A stretch of DNA of 64,000 nucleotides, taken from positions 4,773 through 68,772 of the forward strand of contig JAPLDF010000006.1 of assembly GCA_026391835.1 (NCBI GenBank). Reading direction: 5' to 3'. Under the pieces are notes generated by a model. The model saw only the letters and a program-made list of their open reading frames with translations, was not told where the DNA came from and did not search any database. Source of the DNA: Bacteroidota bacterium. Lineage in GTDB: Bacteria > Bacteroidota > Bacteroidia > Bacteroidales > FEN-979. Below, one piece after another: positions 58,645 to 64,000 of the stretch (position 1 is its first letter; each line of letters begins with the position of its first letter). The position numbers were made by a program, and so were the translations under genes.

Positions 58645-59439
58645 TTACCGGTTATGGGATAAGGATGTATTTCTTACATCGATCAGTTTTGCCAGGATGC
58701 TGATGGCAATCTCCTGGGGCGTTTCTGCCTTGAACTTTATACCGATGGGCATGTCAGTATTGGATAATTCTTCAGCCGTAAGGATGTTTTCTTCAAGAAA
58801 CCGTTGTTTCAGCAGTTCCACCTTTCGGGCGCTCCCGATCATCCCCAGGTAAGCATGTGGCTTTCTCGCCACCGCAGCGAGGATATCCTCGTCGGAAATG
58901 TGTTTTGGTGTGACAATCACGATGTAGGTATTGTCGTCAAAAACCGCTTCACCGATCGCCTGGAAATAGTCCTTGTTGAAGATGTTGAATCCCCTGAAGG
59001 CGTCATCCCTGAAAATTTCATCGCGCGGGTCAAAAAGGGTAACAGAAAAATCGAGTTCCCGGGCAAATCCGGCAAGTGATTTCCCGATATGCCCGGCCCC
59101 GAAAATGAACAGTTTCTTTTGTGGATTCAGGGGTTCAATATATATTTCCATTGTTCCCCCGCAATGCATGCCAAGATCCTTGCCGAGGTTAAAAGTTGCT
59201 TTTGCAGGGGTACCTGTGCTGATGAGTTTTCCCGCCATTTCGGCCACCTCCTTTTCAATACTTCCTCCACCAATGCTTCCATAGATCGTACCATCGGCAT
59301 ACACGATCATTTTCGCCCCCTGTTTCCGGGGAGTCGATCCATGGGTATCAATGACAATGCATAGCGCAGCGGGTTGCTGTCCCTGAATGATTTCTTCGGT
59401 TTTTGCAAAAATTCGCTGCATGGAGATAACCTGGTTCAA
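58645..59439 (-). CDS. xdhC: XdhC/CoxI-family molybdenum-hydroxylase maturation protein
   Basis: 264 aa with ALCIVIDTHGSTPRKQGAKMIV and a Rossmann-like FIFGAGHIG. Confidence 0.82.
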   Translation of the reverse strand: MNQVISMQRIFAKTEEIIQGQQPAALCIVIDTHGSTPRKQGAKMIVYADGTIYGSIGGGSIEKEVAEMAGKLISTGTPAKATFNLGKDLGMHCGGTMEIYIEPLNPQKKLFIFGAGHIGKSLAGFARELDFSVTLFDPRDEIFRDDAFRGFNIFNKDYFQAIGEAVFDDNTYIVIVTPKHISDEDILAAVARKPHAYLGMIGSARKVELLKQRFLEENILTAEELSNTDMPIGIKFKAETPQEIAISILAKLIDVRNTSLSHNR

Positions 59440-59472
59440 TAAGCAAACGCATCATTTGGTGTAAAATTACAA

Positions 59473-60063
59473 CTATTTCTCCGAATCGCGCTGCCAATCG
59501 ATGAATTCTTTGTAATCCCCCGGCGTATTTATATTCCAGCGTATCCTTTCGTCGGGGAATGACACCCCGGTGCGGGTAAAACGCCGGAGCGAATCGCGGA
59601 AATCAGGATAATCGGGCTCTTGGCGGAACCAATCAACCACTTTTTCACCCAGCAGCACGGGATGGCCTCCGCCTCCCGGGCTGACCGGCACGGCGTAACC
59701 ATCAGGGGGTGCCGATCCAAGCAGTATATCGAGCAGGCCTGGCTCCAGGAAGGGATTGTCAATGTTCTGGATAAAGCAGGCACTGCCCTGCGGGACATGC
59801 TTCAGGCCGAGATGAATCGACCACGATCGCCCTTTCTCCAAATGGTGGTTCACAACCGTGACGATGTTCTCTCCCTTGAACGGGCTGGCATCAAACTGGC
59901 TGTTCACCACAAGTACAACCGGTTTACATCCGTACGCCCCGAAACAATTCACCAGGTGCCCGGCGAACGTAAACCCGCGGCCGTTGGCGAGCATTGCCTT
60001 GTCGCTGCCCATCCGCCCTGAATTACCTGCTGCTGCGATTATTGCTGAAAATTGATGCCGCAC
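59473..60063 (-). CDS. mocA: MobA-like NTP transferase, probable molybdenum cofactor cytidylyltransferase
   Basis: 196 aa with AIIAAAGNSGRMGSDKAML. It is the first gene of the xdh operon. Confidence 0.75.
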   Translation of the reverse strand: MRHQFSAIIAAAGNSGRMGSDKAMLANGRGFTFAGHLVNCFGAYGCKPVVLVVNSQFDASPFKGENIVTVVNHHLEKGRSWSIHLGLKHVPQGSACFIQNIDNPFLEPGLLDILLGSAPPDGYAVPVSPGGGGHPVLLGEKVVDWFRQEPDYPDFRDSLRRFTRTGVSFPDERIRWNINTPGDYKEFIDWQRDSEK

Positions 60064-60094
60064 CGGAAAATGTTTTATGCAATATTATTAAAAA

Positions 60095-60167
60095 AATGAC
60101 GAATAGGGGAATGACGAATGTCGGCGCGCTCAACATTCGTCATTCATGTCATTCGCATATTCGTCAT
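60095..60167. repeat. Inverted AATGACG / CGTCATT heptamer-type arrays forming a long hairpin over the 3' end of the YjbR-like gene
   Basis: gaatgacgaatg (60109-60120) pairs perfectly with cattcgtcattc (60134-60145). Outer arms aatgacgaat (60095-60104) and attcgtcatt (60158-60167) also pair. On the minus strand a T-run follows. Confidence 0.88.
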
Positions 60168-60507
60168 TTAGAATCCTTTCCCGGGTTTTCCTTGGCAGCT
60201 TCGATTTGACAAGGTCATAGGATTGAACGATATACTGTTCCCACTCCTTCCTGCTGAACCTGCTTTCTTCCAGGATGGTCATCCACTGGCGGCGCGCGAA
60301 ATGGGATGCCTGCACAATCTCACCTGATTGCGTCAACTCGTCAAACTGATCCTCGGGTACTTTTAATGCAACCTGCATTGGAGGATCCAGCCCGGTCAGG
60401 CAGAATATTTTGTCCGCAACAGAAAAAACCAGGTGGTTTTCCCACTTTATATCTTCGGTTACTGCCGGAAGAGTCAAACAAAACTCACGAAGTTCCTCGA
60501 TGTTCAT
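60130..60507 (-). CDS. MmcQ/YjbR-family protein
   Basis: MNIEELREFCLTLPAVTEDIKWENHLVFSVADKIFCL. The C-terminal tail NDEYANDMNDEC is encoded by the repeat array. Confidence 0.75.
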   Translation of the reverse strand: MNIEELREFCLTLPAVTEDIKWENHLVFSVADKIFCLTGLDPPMQVALKVPEDQFDELTQSGEIVQASHFARRQWMTILEESRFSRKEWEQYIVQSYDLVKSKLPRKTRERILNDEYANDMNDEC

Positions 60508-60599
60508 GGATCAAAGTTAAGGATTTTTTTTGCAGGTCATCCATCTCAGGGAAAATGTTCATTAAATGGCAATTAACCCTTTTATAATGTGAAATAAAC

Positions 60600-60630
60600 T
60601 TGACAATTACATGCCAATTTCATACTTTTG
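60600..60630 (+). promoter_or_regulatory. Candidate Bacteroidota promoter: -33 TTG (60600-60602) and -7 TACTTTTG (60623-60630), 20-nt spacer
   Basis: Both elements are present with consensus-like spacing, 25 nt upstream of ATG 60655. Confidence 0.4.
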
Positions 60631-60654
60631 TCAAACAACCAAAACCTATTCCCT

Positions 60655-62337
60655 ATGAGAAAAATACTATGCTGCAGCATGGCCCTCATATTGTTTCTTG
60701 GGCTTAACAATACCTTTTCGCAGGTTGGTATCGGAACCACCAACCCCGATCCTTCTTCAATGCTCGACGTGGTGAGTGTAACCCAGGGGTTGTTACTCCC
60801 CAGGATGACCTTTGCTGAGCGGGATGCCATTGCAAGTCCGGCCACAGGTCTGCTTGTATACTGTACCAACGACAACCATTTTTATGTAAACAAGGGAACA
60901 GCGGTATCGCCCAGTTGGGTTATGATGAGCACCCAATGGCTCAGGACCGGTTCCGACATATGGTATTCAACCGGCAAAGTTGGGATCGGTGCTACACCGG
61001 TCTGGTTATTTGATGTGGCCGGAGACATTAACTTTACCGGGATCCTCAGGAAAAACGGGACGCCTGTCGCAACCGGCGTTTCCGCGGTCACAGCAACAGC
61101 CCCACTTTTATGTACAGGAGGTGCAAACCCCAATATATCAATACCTCCGGCCAACGGAACAAATTCAGGGTACCTCTCATCTGCCGACTGGAATACGTTT
61201 AACAATAAACAAAATGCCCTTATCCTGGGGAATGTGACCTCGGGCGACATGGCCATCACCGGCGGAAGCGGTGCCGTGATCGGCCCCGGACTTGGGCTGA
61301 CCATCAATAAGGGAAACCTGTTGTCGCCGGATATGATCATCGCAGGGGGCACGAATGCAGTGCTGGGAGGCGGAGCCAATATGATCATTAAAAAGAACAA
61401 CCTGACTGAAACAACTTCATCGGTATTGAATATCCTTGGTGGTGCAAATTCAGTACTTGGAACCGGCACCTCCATTGAAGTGAAGCAGGCAGGAGCTTTC
61501 CAGCCAGGGTACCTTTCCAGTGCCGACTGGACAACTTTTAACAATAAAATCAGCAGCCAGTGGATCACTTCCGGTCCGAATATTTATTATACTCCTGGCT
61601 CTGTGGGAATCGGGGCAACCGCACCCGCAACAAATCTCCATATCTCTGAAAACAATGGTGATGTGAATCCGTCACTTCAGGTCGAGCAGATGGGAACCGG
61701 GGATGCCTCCATGCAATTCAAACAGAATTTCAATTCAGTTTCTGAGGGGATCCATTACACCGATAACTTGTCGTATAAAATCTGCAGCAGCCCTGCCCTG
61801 ATCGGTCAAACTTACAACGCCCCGGATCAACTGTTCAGGATCCAAACCATCGCGCTCAAAAAAGGAATTACCGACATCAATCACCAGAGCAGGGTCAGGG
61901 CATACATGAACGCCTCCCCGGCAATCCAATCCGGTATATGGACCCCCCTTGCCTTCCAGCAAGTCAGTTATGATGAACACAATGAATTTACCCCGATGCA
62001 GCAATACTTCGTTGCCCTGCAGGAAGGGTATTACCAGGTCAATGCAAGGGTTGAATTCCAGGTGATCGCCCCGGTAGGAAACGTGAACGGGTATGTTTCC
62101 ATTGCTGTCTATAAAAATAATGGCATGTATGCACAAGGGAACAACCTGCAAATCGGCGACAAGGTTGGAGCTGCCATGCCCTTTAACAATGCACCGAATG
62201 TGAGTGATGTTCTTTTTCTTTCGGCGGGAGATATGGTGGATATCCGGGTTTTTCAGAATTATTCCATTCCCCCGGCAACATTGCAACTTCTTCCTGCCAT
62301 TGCAAAAACTTATTTCTCTATCCATAAAATCAGCTGA
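60655..62337 (+). CDS. Secreted fibre-like protein with a repeated GYLSSADW-TFNNK motif and a C-terminal C1q/TNF-like jelly-roll head
   Basis: Signal peptide MRKILCCSMALILFLGLNNTFSQ. The motif occurs at about 61170 and 61506. The C-terminus (FVALQEGYYQVNARVEF...SIAVYKNNG...VLFLSAGDMVDIRVFQN...YFSIHKI) follows the gC1q pattern. Confidence 0.6.
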   Translation: MRKILCCSMALILFLGLNNTFSQVGIGTTNPDPSSMLDVVSVTQGLLLPRMTFAERDAIASPATGLLVYCTNDNHFYVNKGTAVSPSWVMMSTQWLRTGSDIWYSTGKVGIGATPVWLFDVAGDINFTGILRKNGTPVATGVSAVTATAPLLCTGGANPNISIPPANGTNSGYLSSADWNTFNNKQNALILGNVTSGDMAITGGSGAVIGPGLGLTINKGNLLSPDMIIAGGTNAVLGGGANMIIKKNNLTETTSSVLNILGGANSVLGTGTSIEVKQAGAFQPGYLSSADWTTFNNKISSQWITSGPNIYYTPGSVGIGATAPATNLHISENNGDVNPSLQVEQMGTGDASMQFKQNFNSVSEGIHYTDNLSYKICSSPALIGQTYNAPDQLFRIQTIALKKGITDINHQSRVRAYMNASPAIQSGIWTPLAFQQVSYDEHNEFTPMQQYFVALQEGYYQVNARVEFQVIAPVGNVNGYVSIAVYKNNGMYAQGNNLQIGDKVGAAMPFNNAPNVSDVLFLSAGDMVDIRVFQNYSIPPATLQLLPAIAKTYFSIHKIS

Positions 62338-62532
62338 TATTCTGAACGATTGAGTTTGTTATTTTTTCAAACCCGAATAATCTCAGTCTGCTGTACACTA
62401 AACTTTGCGATGGCCTGGTACCCCCAATTTGGTACTGCCGGGATATGTGTTTTATGCTTATCTTTGCATTTGAAATTTCAGAGGGATGGTCCCGTAAAAT
62501 TAACCGGAACATTTTTCTGTAAACGGCAGACC

Positions 62533-64000
62533 ATGGAAGAAACCTCAAGGCTGACTTTCCCCGCATTTTTTTCAGCAACATTAAACCGGTATGGCCATCG
62601 CAATGCTATGGCCCTCGTTGGGAAACAACCGATCACCTATCAGGAAGTCAATGACCGGATCCTGGCTACGATTGCCTTCCTGGAAAAACTGGGAGTTCAG
62701 CCCGGTGATAAAGTTGCCATCCTGAGCACAAATCAGCCCAACTGGGGCGTAGCCTATTACGCGGTTACCTTTATGGGAGCAGTGGTGGTGCCGCTGTTAC
62801 CGGAATTCCTTCCCGTGGAAATTTCAGCACTTCTTGAGCATTCCGAAACCCGTGTTATTTTTGCATCAGAAGGGTTACTGCCTAAACTCGTGGGACTTTC
62901 GACCGATTTTCTTGAGGAGGTGGTTAAAATTGAAGATTTTTCGGTGGTCAGATCCTATGAAAGCTGGCCTGCCTTCGATGCAAATGCAAAACCAACCGGC
63001 GTATATGATATAGAAGAAGACGCACTGGCCGCCATCATCTATACCTCCGGAACCACCGGAACACCCAAAGGGGTTATGCTTTCGCATAAAAATATTTGTT
63101 TCACAGCCATCAAAGGCCATGAAATCCAACCAATCAACGAAACCGACCGGTTTCTCTCCATCCTCCCGCTTTCGCACACTTACGAAAACACGCTCGGACT
63201 GATTCTTCCCATGTACCGTGGTGCCTGTATTTATTACCTTGGCAAGCCACCCACACCGGCCATGCTGCTGCCGGCGCTGCTGGAGGTGAAACCCACCCTC
63301 ATTCTTACGGTTCCGATGATCATCGAAAAAATATTCCGTTCGAAGATCCTTCCTGCTTTCACCGAGAACAAGGCAATGAATCTGCTGTATAAAATCCCGC
63401 CCGTGAGGAAGGTTTTACACCGTGTTGCCGGTAAAAAGCTGATGGAGACCTTTGGCGGTGAACTTAATTTCTTCGGTGTGGGAGGGGCAAAACTAAACAA
63501 AACAGTCGAACGCTTTCTCATTGAAGCCCGCTTTCCGTATGCAGTGGGATATGGACTCACCGAATGTGCACCGTTGCTTGCAGGGTTCAACCCCCACCAC
63601 CCCAGACTGCAATCAACAGGACCGGCCTGCATCGGCGTCGACCTGAAAATTGTAAAGGTAGATGATCGCACCAACGAGGGAGAAATATGGGCCAAAGGCC
63701 CGAATGTCATGAAGGGTTACTACAAGGAACCTCAATTGACAAAGGAAATCATGACACCCGACGGATGGTTGAAAACCGGTGACCTCGGTGCCTTTGATCC
63801 CGAAGGCAACCTTTACATAAAGGGACGGGTTAAAAGCATGATCGTCAGGTCAAACGGAGAAAATGTGTATCCCGAAGACATTGAATCGGTGATCAACAAC
63901 TTTCGTCATGTGGTTGAATCACTGGTTGTTGAGAAAAAAGGCAAACTTATCGCTCTCGTTCATTTTAACAAGGAAGAAATTGAGCTCCGCTACCAGTATC
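62533..64000 (+). CDS. AMP-forming long-chain acyl-CoA synthetase (FadD-like). The 3' end is cut by the window edge.
   Basis: My own translation of frame 1 from ATG 62533 gives MEETSRLTFPAFFSATLNRYGHRNAMALVG...IIYTSGTTGTPKGVMLSHKN. This ORF is not in the supplied track and is open to the window end. Confidence 0.85.
   Translation, partial: MEETSRLTFPAFFSATLNRYGHRNAMALVGKQPITYQEVNDRILATIAFLEKLGVQPGDKVAILSTNQPNWGVAYYAVTFMGAVVVPLLPEFLPVEISALLEHSETRVIFASEGLLPKLVGLSTDFLEEVVKIEDFSVVRSYESWPAFDANAKPTGVYDIEEDALAAIIYTSGTTGTPKGVMLSHKNICFTAIKGHEIQPINETDRFLSILPLSHTYENTLGLILPMYRGACIYYLGKPPTPAMLLPALLEVKPTLILTVPMIIEKIFRSKILPAFTENKAMNLLYKIPPVRKVLHRVAGKKLMETFGGELNFFGVGGAKLNKTVERFLIEARFPYAVGYGLTECAPLLAGFNPHHPRLQSTGPACIGVDLKIVKVDDRTNEGEIWAKGPNVMKGYYKEPQLTKEIMTPDGWLKTGDLGAFDPEGNLYIKGRVKSMIVRSNGENVYPEDIESVINNFRHVVESLVVEKKGKLIALVHFNKEEIELRYQY

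Noticed and set aside
62330-62581. An 83-aa minus-strand ORF between the C1q-like gene and the acyl-CoA synthetase
   Set aside because: It overlaps the 5' end of the well-supported synthetase CDS (start 62533) in antisense and has no recognisable features. A TATCTTTG box at 62459-62466 fits a + strand promoter instead, but the nearest TTTG lies 27 nt upstream, too far for a -33 element, so I did not list it.

Overview
The window looks like a Bacteroidota chromosome segment. Evidence is gldA/gldF/gldG, two proteins ending in T9SS C-terminal sorting domains, and TAnnTTTG-type -7 boxes. In order it contains: (1) a leucine/isovalerate catabolic operon at 1-7225, with methylcrotonyl-CoA carboxylase beta and alpha subunits, an enoyl-CoA hydratase, two HMG-CoA-lyase-like genes and an acyl-CoA dehydrogenase. 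(2) A cell-surface island at 7297-20432, with a lipoprotein, a heparinase II/III-like enzyme, a TonB-C protein, a 1718-aa Kelch/beta-helix/dockerin-like/cohesin-like T9SS protein and a 1109-aa protein with four cohesin-like plus Ig-like modules. (3) A Bacteroidota version of the E. coli ygfK-ssnA-xdhD-hyuA-ygeW-ygeY locus at 20480-38074. That locus is linked to selenium-dependent molybdenum hydroxylases and anaerobic purine/urate breakdown. Here it carries non-canonical extra genes (two fold-type-II PLP enzymes and a membrane-anchored alpha/beta hydrolase) and is split by a REP/RAYT repeat block. (4) gldGFA. (5) Two large hybrid histidine kinases. (6) A czc-type metal efflux operon whose RND pump is fused in frame to a TolC-like outer-membrane factor, preceded by a Cys-rich small protein. 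(7) A classical xdh operon (mocA-xdhC-xdhA-xdhB) translationally coupled to crcB and a DUF190 gene. (8) A YjbR-like gene, a C1q-like-headed secreted fibre protein and a truncated acyl-CoA synthetase. The non-coding sequence is unusual. Short 7-8 nt tandem arrays resembling cyanobacterial STRR repeats sit at several gene ends and supply the stop codons of three genes. A 13-unit octamer array lies in frame inside a threonine-synthase-like gene. No rRNA, tRNA or CRISPR arrays were recognised. All calls rest on reading the translations and the DNA by eye; no searches were run.
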